Of a DNA stretch of 64,000 nucleotides, positions 36,801 through 46,261 are shown in pieces (the stretch's first letter is position 1; each line of letters opens with the position of its first letter). This DNA comes from an uncultured Planctomycetaceae bacterium (GTDB taxonomy: Bacteria > Planctomycetota > Phycisphaerae > Sedimentisphaerales > UBA12454): contig CAYUYR010000008.1 of the NCBI GenBank assembly GCA_964449435.1, positions 6,038-70,037 on the forward strand, written 5' to 3'. The notes below the pieces were generated by a model. The model was given only the letters and a program-made list of their open reading frames with translations. It had not been told where the DNA came from and made no database searches. The translations under genes were made by a program, and so were the position numbers.

Positions 36801-39800
36801 TCAGAAGCAATATGACTTACGGAAGCATAAGCGGCGTTGGCGGACATCACCAACCGTCCAACACACAAGAAATGCCGCGCGAAAACTACCGCATGCCGAG
36901 TTTCGGTGCAGGAGTTTTCTGCTCAAGGAATACCGCAAGCACTTTCGATAACTGCTTGTTCGAAAACAACAAAACCGCGTATAATCAGGATTTCAACGAC
37001 CCCAATTACCTGGCGGCTGTAGGTCTGGCAGATATAAACGATTACGACGGCGAATACACAGGTCAGGGCGGCGGTTTGTGTCTGTGGTATGCGGCTTCTG
37101 CTGATATTATCGACTGCAATTTCAGTCAGAACTCCGCTCCTATCGGCGGCGGTATATATAGTCTCTGGACGGATTTATATATCACAAAATCCAATATACT
37201 AAATAACGACTCCCTTTCAGGCGGCGGCATCCTCGCGCTGGACAGCGTCGTTGAAATAATAGAATCATCGATAAAGGGCAATTCTGCCGGCACTCAAACC
37301 GGAACCGTAGAAAATACTGGGTACGCTTTGTTCGGCTCAGGCGGCGGCGTATATGCACTTTCATCGTTGATTGACATTAACGACACCGTCGTAACCGAAA
37401 ACTATGCAAGATTGACCGGCGGCGGTATTTGTCTTGACGGCGATACGATATTCGCACAAAAGCCCCTTATAAAGAACTGTCTGATTACGGCCAACACCGC
37501 AGCCGACTCAGGCGGCGGAATCGCTTCGACATATTTCGCCAGGCCGACAATTCAAAACTGTACGCTCGCGGACAACCTTGCAACCGGTGTGAACGGCAGA
37601 GGAGGAGGACTTTTCGGCTCTTATGAAAGCGATACGATTGCCAAAGACTCTATATTCTGGGACAACAGCGGTATTAACGGTTCGCAAATCGCCTTAAGCG
37701 ACGGCGGACTTTTTACCGATATGCCGGCAAGCCTTACAATCTCATACAGCGATATTGACTTGAGGCTGGTGTTTGCTTTGGATTCAATTACATCCAGCTC
37801 AGGAGGTTCCGGCTCAACCTCTGCCCTAATGATTATCGATGAACAAACCATTTATAATGAAATTAACTCATCAGGTTCGGCAACAGTTATTGTAAGTCTT
37901 GACGAACCAGTTGAAGCGCAAACTACAGATTGGTCTTCACCTGATTCGGTGAGCGACCTGCAAAATAAAATCGCAACATTGCAGGACCAGACGCTTTCGA
38001 TATTTACCCCTGACGAATTTACCCTGCGACATAAGCTTACGAACGTAGCGGTTTTCAGCGGTAAGGTAACAAATTCCGGTCTCAGCAAGCTGCTTGATGA
38101 TCCGACGGTTGCTCATATCGAACCGGTAAGAACCGTCCGGCCGATGCTTGCACAGGCTATTCCCTTGGCAAACGCACTTACTACACGGCCAACCTACAAT
38201 GGCCAGGAAGTATCTATCGCCATAGTTGATACGGGTGTAGATTACACTCATCCGAGACTTGGCGGCGGAACTTTCCCGAACAGCAAAATCATCGGCGGTT
38301 ATGATACGGGCAATAATGATGCCGACCCAATACCGGCGGGCGAAGCCCACGGTACAGCCTGTGCCGGTATCGCGGCAGGTCTGCTCGGAACCGTCGGAGA
38401 TTATATCGGCGGTGTCGCTTATGACGCAAAAATATATGCCCTAAAGGCAAGTTTTGACAACACAGATAATTTCTACAACGACGCCACACTGGCTGCATGG
38501 GATTGGTGTATAACACACAGAAACGACAACCCAGAAAATCCAATCAGGGTTATGAGTAATAGTTGGGGTCTTTACGACTATCCAATAGATAACGAGGCAG
38601 AGGCGGACGTACTTTCGCCGGCACATACCATAGCGGCACAAACCGCCGTTAATGCGGGCATAACTATTCTTGCCGCATCGGGCAATGACGGCTTCGCAGG
38701 CGATGGTATCTCCTGGCCGGCAGCAATGTCAAACATAATAAGCGTCGGCGCCGTGTATGACACGACAGATATGGTTGCCGAATATTCCAACACGGCAAAC
38801 ATTCTCGATATTCTCGCTCCTGCCGACCCTGTATATACCACCGATATTGTTGGTTCCGCCGGCTACAGTACCGGTGATTATTATCCATATTTCAACGGTA
38901 CAAGCTCCGCTTGTCCGTTTGCAGCAGGTGCAGTAGCAGCTCTGCAAAGTGCTGCAAAACAAATAACGGGCGACTACTTAACTCCTGTTCAGGTTAAATC
39001 TTTACTGGCTTCAAGCGGCGACCCTGTAACAGACACTAAGGTCACAATAACGAAGCCGAGAGTAAATCTCGGCACTGCAATCACTCTGCTTAATCAGATG
39101 GTACCCGTTCATACCGAAAGAAATTGCACAATAATTGGTATTCAAAAAGACGTAAACGATATGTGGACGGTTGCCGGCGGCAGTAATATATCCGAAGACC
39201 CGAATTTCATACCGGGCATCGGTTATTACTTAAGCCATACCGATACGATGCAAGTCTATACCAGCCCCTGTTTCGACATCGGCAGCACTCCGGCCGTAAA
39301 TCTCGGTCTTGACACTTACACAACCAGAGTTGACGGCTTTAAAGATACTGGAGGTGATGTTGACCTTGGTTATCACTATCTGCAAGGCATAGCCACACGT
39401 TATCAATTAACCGTGGAAATAAGCGACTCGGGCGGTGGAACTATCAAATCGCCTTGGCTGGCCGGCTATACCTATAACATTTACGCAGGGCAAATAATAA
39501 CTTTTGAGGCAGTCCCAGATGCCAACTATAAGGTGGTCAACTGGTTCATTGATGATGTGGGCCAGCAGACCAACAATAATAATTTTACCACAATAATGGA
39601 CAGAAACAGAAAAGTCTCCGTCAGCTTTGAGCCCGTTACTGATGAGACGTATCAGCCAATCAAGCTTTATGTGCCGACTCAATATCCGGATTTAGGCTCC
39701 GCTATCGACGCAGCACAAAACGGAGACCAAATTATTCTGGACACAGGCACATATAGCTGGAACGACAGTAATTTCGATTACACGACAATTTATATAAACG

Positions 39801-42724
39801 GCAAGAATATAACCATAAGAGGCACCGCTCCTGATGACCCCTGTGTTGTCGCTCAGACAGTTATTCTCGGCAACGGGTTCTCTATTTTCAACGTAGATAG
39901 AACCATGACTATCGAAGGAATCACGTTCCAGGATGCCCATTATTACGCAGGAAATGTCGATTGCGGTGTAGAATGGGCTCATAGCGAAGGCGGAGACGGT
40001 TATAACGGCTACAGCATTTTCGGCGGGGCAATGAGGCTCTATAACGCTTCGCCGACAATACGCAATTGCAGATTTGTCAACTGCTCGGCAACGGCAAGCG
40101 ACGGCTGCAACGGAAACGATACAGGCGATGGCGGCTGGGCAGGCTGGGCATATGGCGGAGCCATCGCTATTAACTCATTCAGCAATCCGCTCATTAAAAA
40201 CTGCGACTTTATAGATTGTTATGCACAGAGCGGAAACGGCGGCGACGGCGGAACTGGAAATCCCAACGGCCACGGAGGAAACTGGGGAGACAATACTTCA
40301 AGCAGATGGGACTTCGGACCTTATCAGCCATACTGGTATTACAGCGGCAAAGGTGGTGCGATATACTGCGGCAGCGGAAGCAAGCCGGTTATTGAGAACT
40401 GCTTCTTCTCTGGAAATAACACTTATAGCGGAACAAGCGGTTTGAGTAATATCGATGGTTGGCCCAATTACCACTACGCTATCCCTGCTTTCGGCGGAGC
40501 CGTCTATATCGCCAGAGGCAGCGAAACTAAAATCACAAACTGTATATTCAGCGATAACGAAGCGGATACCCGCGGCCAAATCGGCGACCCAAACACTACA
40601 GATGATTTCGTACTCTACAGCCCGATGGTAAGCTATGGCGGTGCGATTTGTATCGAAAATACGAGCGTCGAAGAAGCCGAGGACACGATTGGGCTTATCG
40701 AAAATAGTACATTCTTCAACAATCGCGCCTGCGCCGGCGGCGGCATTTATCAAAAAGAGGCAACGGCTCACATCATCGATAGTACTTTCGAGAGTTGTAC
40801 CGCTATGACAGGCGGAGCTATGGCGATGATTTCAAACAAGTCTGCCGTCGTCGATTGCGATTTCAGAAATAACAGTGCGATACAGCCGTCAGGTAAAGGC
40901 GGTGCGATATATTCGGAAAGCGATACGATGTTCTATGACTGCCTGATTGCAGCCAATAACGCGGCTGTGGCAGGCGGCGGAGCTTACTTCACAGGTGATT
41001 TCGAGCCTAATATGCATAACTGTCTTATTACAAACAATAACGCAAACAGAGACGGCGCCGGCATATCGGCCAACTGGAACACTGAACTTACAATTTCAAA
41101 CTGTACGCTCGCAAATAATACGATTTTAGGAACCGGCTTTGCCACCGGATACGGCGGCGGTTTAAGCTGTGCCTATGAAGCGTATGTAAAGGTGAACAAC
41201 AGTATTATGTGGAACAATAACGCTGAATATGGCTCGGAAATAGCAATCGGAAATATGTTCGAGGCTGCTGATAAATACGGAGCCCAAGTGGATGTTTCAT
41301 ACAGCGACATAAAAGACGGTCAGGCTGGCATATTTGCCGATACCGAAAACGGCTGTATTCTCAATTGGGACGCAGGCAACTTCAACGGCACAAGTTTGGA
41401 AAGCCCGCTATTCGTTATTGGGCCATGGGGCAACTTCTATCTTAGCCAAACCGCAACTCCGGACGCCAACCAGACAGTGGACAGCCCTTGCGTCGATGCG
41501 GGCTTTGGCTCTGCCATAGACAATAGTATGTATAAACATACTACAAGAACCGACCATATTATTGACGTTACAGATTCAAATGTTGATATGGGTTATCACT
41601 ATACACTGGTTGCCGACCTGCTCGGAGATTTTAATTTTGACGGTATTGTAACCTTTGAAGATTTCGGTCTGTTTATACTGTTCTGGCTGGACGACGGCTG
41701 CACTTTCCCATATTACTGTGCAGGTCGAGACCTGAATAAAGACGGCAGAGTGGATTTTGAAGATTTTGCTCTCTTTGCCGAGAACTACGGCAAGACGGAG
41801 ACTATTCCGCCAAGACCGAACCCAATGACATGGGCATTATCTCCTCGTTCGGCAGACTCGAACTCAATTACAATGACCGCGACCACGGCAATAGATAATT
41901 CAAGCCCGATTATCGAATACTATTTCGAGTGCACTTCCGGCGGCGGCAATAATCGCGGCTGGAACACAGACACAAGTTATACGGATACCGGCCTAACTCA
42001 TGGACAACTGTACGGTTATCGCGTTAAGGCCAGAGACGCCAAACATAACGAAACCGGCTGGAGTGTTATTGGTTACGCAGTGCCCGGCGACGATAGTACT
42101 CCGCCGGAACCAAACCCGATGACATGGGCAACGGCGCCTTACGCTACATCGAGCAGCTCGATTCGTATGATTGCGTCAACCGCCACAGACATTTCCGACG
42201 TCGAATATTACTTCGAGGAAACAAGCGGTAATCCGGATGGAACAACCAGCGGCTGGCAGGATAGTCCGATATATGAAGACTTCGGCCTTTCGCCGAGTAC
42301 TGAATATAGTTATAGAGTCAAAGCCCGCGATAAATCGCCTGCTCAGAATCAAACCGGCTACTCAGACATAGCATCAGCTATGACTGATGATGATGATGGT
42401 ACTGAGCCGACAGAAGATACTGTCCCGCCGGAACCTAATCCGAGCCAGTGGGAAAGCACGCCACTGGCTTACTATGACGGACAATTTTATTACCATACTA
42501 TGACCGCCATCGAAGCGACGGACGACAGTCTGCCTGTTTACTACTACTTCGAATGCACTGACGGTGCCGGCACAAGCAGCAATTGGCAGACAGACCCGAC
42601 CTATACAGCAGGGCCTTACCTTGTCGAGAACTACAGCGTGTATAGGGTCTGGACAAAAGACGCTCTGGGCAATACCGGCTCGCCATCGCCCAAATACGAC
42701 ACAAACGGGCAATTAGTTCCCTGA
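33890..42724 (+). CDS. Giant secreted multidomain protein (2944 aa): parallel beta-helix repeats, Ig-like repeats, subtilase S8 domain, dockerin-like repeats, 3 FN3-like modules
   Basis: Signal peptide MNKKLIFSLVLTLLLTTIGSSA (the in-frame ATG at 33830 is an alternative start). Dozens of PbH1-type rungs (NNSAAFGGAIDC..., NNTATYDGGAIEC...). See the sub-features for the other domains. A terminator follows. Confidence 0.9.
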   Translation: MNKKLIFSLVLTLLLTTIGSSATLNVPGGYATIQAAITAAASGDIIEVADGTYTAAGFYNIDFGGKLVTVRNSSGDPTKCIIDCQNVSGRRGFYFHNYETPAATVEGITIKNANAGGLYYGGAIECEEASPTISNCIITNNSAAFGGAIDCFNASPVIKNCIITNNTATYDGGAIECSYDSNPQIINCLIANNTAGYYGGAIDIYDSSSPTITNCTIADNTGSGGFGGVYAASGSSSTIKNSILWNNGDDIYGPTTVTYSCIQDGDAGTGNINTDPMFRTGPLGNYYLSQISAGQLADSNCVNACTDSVDDIFGPASTFTTRTDNQADIEKVDMGFHYPDGGPAAQCKLIAEADPSDAGTVNPNHPSPGQDYKQFSEIVIQATPNSGNKLFQWIDANTATYNPADPGTYNTTSGINDTITITLNDDKTVIAEFSTVATYKLITYVIGDNGVISDVDPNDLPDPCDSRAYFIPQGNSATITAHPDAGYVVKQWLKGETATFDINNPDTYEVIPGALGNTYTTTIDANTTITVEFKYQEYLLTTSVYNGNGAISPKRGYYPAGTTVDLTAAPDDGYRVQAWGGDAANKPAWNITTNTVVMDGPKDVNVAFELGQNQLIHVFGDVNGIQEAIDIANNGDTIQIHPGTYTGVPSGFLVSKVITIVGDPENPENVVIDCETQGGTNLGFILSGQSVTLNGITITGVRSPLPIPYDNYGGAIYITGNHTVKNCIIRNALAEINPTTDGSAGGDPDDPNNPDANGGNGGDGGSAGGAGIYVHSGNPYIQNVLIEDCWAIGGNAGNGAPGYSDQNDYNSDDPNIIYYPPGIAGYGGDGGDAFGAGIYTEAGSPYFINVTVRNCGVRAGNGGNGADGSADANGGDGGLPGRAAGAGIYCAAGSASVFSNCVIENCIGYGGRGGNGGNAGQLQLEEHRTGGYGGLTTETAAGQGDIRMYSTNGGAVFCDDNSNPVFDDCTFRSNMTYGSISGVGGHHQPSNTQEMPRENYRMPSFGAGVFCSRNTASTFDNCLFENNKTAYNQDFNDPNYLAAVGLADINDYDGEYTGQGGGLCLWYAASADIIDCNFSQNSAPIGGGIYSLWTDLYITKSNILNNDSLSGGGILALDSVVEIIESSIKGNSAGTQTGTVENTGYALFGSGGGVYALSSLIDINDTVVTENYARLTGGGICLDGDTIFAQKPLIKNCLITANTAADSGGGIASTYFARPTIQNCTLADNLATGVNGRGGGLFGSYESDTIAKDSIFWDNSGINGSQIALSDGGLFTDMPASLTISYSDIDLRLVFALDSITSSSGGSGSTSALMIIDEQTIYNEINSSGSATVIVSLDEPVEAQTTDWSSPDSVSDLQNKIATLQDQTLSIFTPDEFTLRHKLTNVAVFSGKVTNSGLSKLLDDPTVAHIEPVRTVRPMLAQAIPLANALTTRPTYNGQEVSIAIVDTGVDYTHPRLGGGTFPNSKIIGGYDTGNNDADPIPAGEAHGTACAGIAAGLLGTVGDYIGGVAYDAKIYALKASFDNTDNFYNDATLAAWDWCITHRNDNPENPIRVMSNSWGLYDYPIDNEAEADVLSPAHTIAAQTAVNAGITILAASGNDGFAGDGISWPAAMSNIISVGAVYDTTDMVAEYSNTANILDILAPADPVYTTDIVGSAGYSTGDYYPYFNGTSSACPFAAGAVAALQSAAKQITGDYLTPVQVKSLLASSGDPVTDTKVTITKPRVNLGTAITLLNQMVPVHTERNCTIIGIQKDVNDMWTVAGGSNISEDPNFIPGIGYYLSHTDTMQVYTSPCFDIGSTPAVNLGLDTYTTRVDGFKDTGGDVDLGYHYLQGIATRYQLTVEISDSGGGTIKSPWLAGYTYNIYAGQIITFEAVPDANYKVVNWFIDDVGQQTNNNNFTTIMDRNRKVSVSFEPVTDETYQPIKLYVPTQYPDLGSAIDAAQNGDQIILDTGTYSWNDSNFDYTTIYINGKNITIRGTAPDDPCVVAQTVILGNGFSIFNVDRTMTIEGITFQDAHYYAGNVDCGVEWAHSEGGDGYNGYSIFGGAMRLYNASPTIRNCRFVNCSATASDGCNGNDTGDGGWAGWAYGGAIAINSFSNPLIKNCDFIDCYAQSGNGGDGGTGNPNGHGGNWGDNTSSRWDFGPYQPYWYYSGKGGAIYCGSGSKPVIENCFFSGNNTYSGTSGLSNIDGWPNYHYAIPAFGGAVYIARGSETKITNCIFSDNEADTRGQIGDPNTTDDFVLYSPMVSYGGAICIENTSVEEAEDTIGLIENSTFFNNRACAGGGIYQKEATAHIIDSTFESCTAMTGGAMAMISNKSAVVDCDFRNNSAIQPSGKGGAIYSESDTMFYDCLIAANNAAVAGGGAYFTGDFEPNMHNCLITNNNANRDGAGISANWNTELTISNCTLANNTILGTGFATGYGGGLSCAYEAYVKVNNSIMWNNNAEYGSEIAIGNMFEAADKYGAQVDVSYSDIKDGQAGIFADTENGCILNWDAGNFNGTSLESPLFVIGPWGNFYLSQTATPDANQTVDSPCVDAGFGSAIDNSMYKHTTRTDHIIDVTDSNVDMGYHYTLVADLLGDFNFDGIVTFEDFGLFILFWLDDGCTFPYYCAGRDLNKDGRVDFEDFALFAENYGKTETIPPRPNPMTWALSPRSADSNSITMTATTAIDNSSPIIEYYFECTSGGGNNRGWNTDTSYTDTGLTHGQLYGYRVKARDAKHNETGWSVIGYAVPGDDSTPPEPNPMTWATAPYATSSSSIRMIASTATDISDVEYYFEETSGNPDGTTSGWQDSPIYEDFGLSPSTEYSYRVKARDKSPAQNQTGYSDIASAMTDDDDGTEPTEDTVPPEPNPSQWESTPLAYYDGQFYYHTMTAIEATDDSLPVYYYFECTDGAGTSSNWQTDPTYTAGPYLVENYSVYRVWTKDALGNTGSPSPKYDTNGQLVP
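38190..39070 (+). other. Subtilisin-like (S8) peptidase domain inside the giant ORF
   Basis: Catalytic triad context: AIVDTGVDYTHP (Asp codon 38228-38230), EAHGTACAGIAAG (His codon 38348-38350) and NGTSSACPFAAGAVAAL (Ser codon 38903-38905). Confidence 0.85.
41624..41792 (+). other. Dockerin-like double EF-hand repeat inside the giant ORF
   Basis: GDFNFDGIVTFEDFGLF and DLNKDGRVDFEDFALF are a duplicated Ca-binding D-x-N/D-x-D-G motif. Confidence 0.7.
41800..42700 (+). repeat. Three tandem FN3-like modules (coding repeat) at the C-terminus of the giant ORF
   Basis: Each module starts PP(R/E)PNP(MTW/SQW) and ends Y(G/S)YRVKARD or YRVWTKD. Confidence 0.75.
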
Positions 42725-42748
42725 TATTAAAACAAGTAAAAACACAAA

Positions 42749-42776
42749 GCCCTCGTCAAAAACGAGGGCTTTTTTA
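42749..42776 (+). terminator. Rho-independent terminator of the giant gene
   Basis: GCCCTCG-tcaaaaa-CGAGGGC followed by tttttt. Confidence 0.85.
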
Positions 42777-42843
42777 TTAAATAACCTCTTATTGCCAATA
42801 TTTTGAGGTTTATTTTCCCTAAATTAAAAAAAACGCTTGATAC

Positions 42844-42872
42844 TTGACAGCAACAAGGGTAAATAATATTAT
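42844..42872 (+). promoter_or_regulatory. Putative sigma-70 promoter of the kinase operon (TTGACA-N17-TATTAT)
   Basis: The -35 TTGACA lies at 42844-42849 and the -10 TATTAT at 42867-42872. Confidence 0.5.
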
Positions 42873-43031
42873 GTGTGGTTTGGAGCAAAAGGCTTTTTCA
42901 GCAATGGCGGGCATTCCATAAGATTAGTTCAGCAGCAATGGATAAAATAGACAAAGAGCCGGGGTACCGTTTTGCCCTTTTGCTTTGAATTTTCAAGTTC
43001 AACCGGATTTTTGAGGGATATTTATAAAGCT

Positions 43032-45380
43032 ATGAAAGCAAAAAGGTTCAAGAGGCCGTTTCCGGCAGTTAAAACGGCGCTCGAATTCGTAATCATCCTT
43101 TCCGCCGCTATGGTCTTGTTCTCGATAATAGATTTTCTGGGGGGATTTGACCGGCTTTACGAGCTCCCTGCCCAGCAGCACGAGGGGGTTTATAAATGCC
43201 TATTGATTACAGCATTTCTCGCGGCGGCATTGCTCGTCTGTTCAGTCAGAAAGCTGCTTGAAGTACGAAAGGCATATAAAAAACTGGCTCAATCAGAAGA
43301 ACAGCTTCGTTTCCAATCCGTCTTGCTCGATGAAATCGGCGACGGTATTACAGCTACCGACTTCGAAGGAAATATAACTTATGTGAACAAGGCGCAATGC
43401 GACAGGGTCAAAAGGGACAGAAGCGAACTCCTCGGACAATCAACCAAAATTTACGGTGAGGACTCCGAGCTGGGCACAACGCAAAAAGAGCTTATTCAGA
43501 CTACCCTTGAAAAAGGCAGATGGTCGGGCGAAATTGTCAATACCGCATCCGACGGCAGAAAAATCACCGTTGAATGCCATACGTGGCTGATGAAAGACAA
43601 AGACGGCAAACCGACAGGAATGTGCGGTGTAGCAAGGGATATAACCGAGAAAAAACTACAAGAACGGAACATCTCGAAACACAGGCGTTATCTCGAAGCC
43701 CTTGATAAAACCACCGGCATCCTTTTGAATTCGATAACAGAGCTCAAATATGATGAATTTCTGGCCGCATTAGGACCTGCCTCCGATGCCGATAGAGTGC
43801 ACATATTTTTAAAACCTGCCGACGAGGCGAATGTTCCGCTAAGACAAAAAACGCAGTGGTGCCGCAGTGAAAAAATCCAGCCTGTACCAACCAAACTAAC
43901 TGAAAAACGCTTTCTCGCGGACATTTCCCCGCAATGGCAGAAAGTATTGGCGACAGGAAAACATTTATGCTTCAGCAAAGATAATTTTCCGCCCGAACAG
44001 CTCGACTTTTGGGAGTCGCTGAATATAAAGGCGCTGCTAATCGTCCCCATAAAAATTGACGGACAATTAAGCGGCTTTATGAGTTTCGACAACTGTACAG
44101 AAGCCCGTCAATGGACAGAATCTGAAATTGATTTTCTCAGTACTGCCGCAAATAATCTGGCAATGACGACAAAACGTCTTGATATTAAAAAAGAACTAAA
44201 ACAACAGCGGGACTTCGCTCAAAGACTGATTGAAACCGCACAAACCATTGTCCTTGTTTTGGATGCCAATGCCGATATCGTAACGTTTAATCCGTATTTT
44301 GAAAAACTGACGGGCTATAAGCTCGATGAAGTAAAGGGTAAAAACTGGTTCAATACTTTCCTGCCCGAAGAAGACAGACAAAAAATCAACCAGATATTTA
44401 AAAAAGCAATTAATGAAATATGCATAGACGGCAATGTTAATCCGATAGTTATAAAAGATGGCCGTCTTAAACAGATAGAATGGTATGCCCGAACTCTCAG
44501 AGACGAACAGGCTCAAGTTGTCGGTATTCTTTCGACTGGTCAGGATATTACCGAACGATTAAAAGCCGAAGAAGAACTCAAACAGGCTCATCTCGAACTC
44601 GAACAAAGAGTTATCCAGCGTACCGCTGCATTGCAGCAGGTAAACACTCAGCTTTTAAGAACCATCGAGGAAAAAGACCACATCCAGAAAGTTTTGCAGG
44701 AAACCGAAAAGCTGGCCGGGGCCGGCAAACTGGCGGCGCAAATAGCACACGAGATTAATAATCCGCTTGCAGGGATTAAAAATTCCTTCCTGCTCTTAAA
44801 AGACGCAATTCCGAGCGATTATAAATATTTCGAGTATGTCGGCAGAATCGAAAAGGAAATCGCTCGCGTCTCGAATATTGTCCAGCAGATGTTCGAGCTT
44901 TACCGGCCAGGCACACATCCGGCGGACAAATTCGATGTGCGTGAGGTTATCGGGGATATAATCGAACTTCTTAGAACTGCCGGCAGGGAAAAATGCATAC
45001 ATATCGAAATTTCCTGCCCCGATGACATAGTCGCTACGCTGCCGGAGGCGCTTTTCAGGCAGGTAATGTATAATCTCATTCAAAATGCCGTTCAGTTCTC
45101 GCCCTCGAAAGGCACTATTAAAATCGCCGCGTCAAAAACCGGCTCAAAACTTAAAATCGAGGTCAGCGACGAGGGTCCCGGCGTCGATGAAAAAATCAGG
45201 CAAAAGATTTTCGAGCCTTTCTTTACCACCGGCACCAGCACAAGCGGACTGGGGCTGGGACTGTCCATAACAAAAGATATTATCAACGCAATGGAAGGTA
45301 AAATACATTTTGAAAACCGAAGTCCTAAAGGCACTACATTCACTATTTTGATACCCATAATAAATGAGTCTAAAGCCTGA
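43032..45380 (+). CDS. Sensor histidine kinase (2 TM, PAS, GAF-like, PAS, HisKA, HATPase_c)
   Basis: Start MKAKRFKRP (the ORF track starts at TTG 42972). H-box AAQIAHEINNPLAGIKNS, N-box MYNLIQNAVQFSP, G-boxes VSDEGPGV and GLGLGLSITKDII. PAS-like segments include SVLLDEIGDGITATDFEGNITYVN and RLIETAQTIVLVLDANADIVTFN. Confidence 0.9.
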   Translation: MKAKRFKRPFPAVKTALEFVIILSAAMVLFSIIDFLGGFDRLYELPAQQHEGVYKCLLITAFLAAALLVCSVRKLLEVRKAYKKLAQSEEQLRFQSVLLDEIGDGITATDFEGNITYVNKAQCDRVKRDRSELLGQSTKIYGEDSELGTTQKELIQTTLEKGRWSGEIVNTASDGRKITVECHTWLMKDKDGKPTGMCGVARDITEKKLQERNISKHRRYLEALDKTTGILLNSITELKYDEFLAALGPASDADRVHIFLKPADEANVPLRQKTQWCRSEKIQPVPTKLTEKRFLADISPQWQKVLATGKHLCFSKDNFPPEQLDFWESLNIKALLIVPIKIDGQLSGFMSFDNCTEARQWTESEIDFLSTAANNLAMTTKRLDIKKELKQQRDFAQRLIETAQTIVLVLDANADIVTFNPYFEKLTGYKLDEVKGKNWFNTFLPEEDRQKINQIFKKAINEICIDGNVNPIVIKDGRLKQIEWYARTLRDEQAQVVGILSTGQDITERLKAEEELKQAHLELEQRVIQRTAALQQVNTQLLRTIEEKDHIQKVLQETEKLAGAGKLAAQIAHEINNPLAGIKNSFLLLKDAIPSDYKYFEYVGRIEKEIARVSNIVQQMFELYRPGTHPADKFDVREVIGDIIELLRTAGREKCIHIEISCPDDIVATLPEALFRQVMYNLIQNAVQFSPSKGTIKIAASKTGSKLKIEVSDEGPGVDEKIRQKIFEPFFTTGTSTSGLGLGLSITKDIINAMEGKIHFENRSPKGTTFTILIPIINESKA

Positions 45381-46125
45381 CAGTACGTCTGGAAATATCC
45401 TTCTGGCGGATGACGAAAAAACCTTTTTGTCGGCAACGGCACAATTGCTGCGAAATGAAGGTTTTTTGTGCGACTGCGCGGAAAACGCCGAGCAGGCACT
45501 TGAAAAACTCGCCAAAAAACCTTACGCTCTTTTAATTGCCGATATCAAAATGCCCGGCAATTCAAATCTCGAACTCGTTAAAAAAACCGCTGCTCACAGC
45601 CCTGCGACAAGCATTATTCTTATAACCGGCTCTCCATCTCAAAAAACAGCCATCGCGGCGGTTCAATTGCCTATCACAGCATATATACTCAAGCCGATTA
45701 ACTTTCCGGAATTTATGCAGCAAGTCAAATCGGCTGTAAAAATAAGTACGCTTTACAGAATAATATCGAAAACCAAAGATAATCTTGCCAAATGGGCAGA
45801 CGAACTGGAGAACATCGAGCTTTCTCTTGGGCATAACAGAGGCGATGTGTTCGGAGCCGCACTAAAAAGTTTTCTGGATATTACTACCGCTAAAATCGAC
45901 GAAACATTCGATAATATCCGTCTTGTTTCAGGACTACTCGACGAAGCTGAATCCCCTGCCGAAGTTTGCCAGGTTATGCAGTGTCCCATATTATTGGAAC
46001 TTACAGAAGGCATACGAACGGCAATACAATCCATAAAGAAAAGCAGAGAAATATACAAATCGAAACAGTTGGCTGAAATAAGGACAAAACTCGAAAAATT
46101 ACTCGATAATGCCCGGAAATTTTAA
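45364..46125 (+). CDS. Response regulator: REC domain plus uncharacterised helical Cys-containing C-terminal domain (paralog 1)
   Basis: ILLADDEKTF, YALLIADIKMPG (phospho-Asp context) and YILKPINF. The C-terminal roughly 120 aa carry VCQVMQCPILLELTEGIRTAIQSIKKSREIYKSKQLAEIRTKLEKLL. Overlaps the kinase stop by 17 nt. Confidence 0.85.
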   Translation: MSLKPDSTSGNILLADDEKTFLSATAQLLRNEGFLCDCAENAEQALEKLAKKPYALLIADIKMPGNSNLELVKKTAAHSPATSIILITGSPSQKTAIAAVQLPITAYILKPINFPEFMQQVKSAVKISTLYRIISKTKDNLAKWADELENIELSLGHNRGDVFGAALKSFLDITTAKIDETFDNIRLVSGLLDEAESPAEVCQVMQCPILLELTEGIRTAIQSIKKSREIYKSKQLAEIRTKLEKLLDNARKF

Positions 46126-46169
46126 TGTCTTTTTATCGGAATGACCGATAATATAGTCAGTGGCCTCTG

Positions 46170-46198
46170 TTGTGGCTAAAATAGGTTAAAGGTACAAT
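46170..46198 (+). promoter_or_regulatory. Possible promoter of the recombinase gene (TTGTGG-N17-TACAAT)
   Basis: Hexamers and spacer read directly from the sequence. The -35 is weak. Confidence 0.3.
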
Positions 46199-46261
46199 GC
46201 TCATTGCTTATAGCGTAGAACATTAAGTGTTCTGTGTTATGGAAGCGCCTGGGGGCAAATT

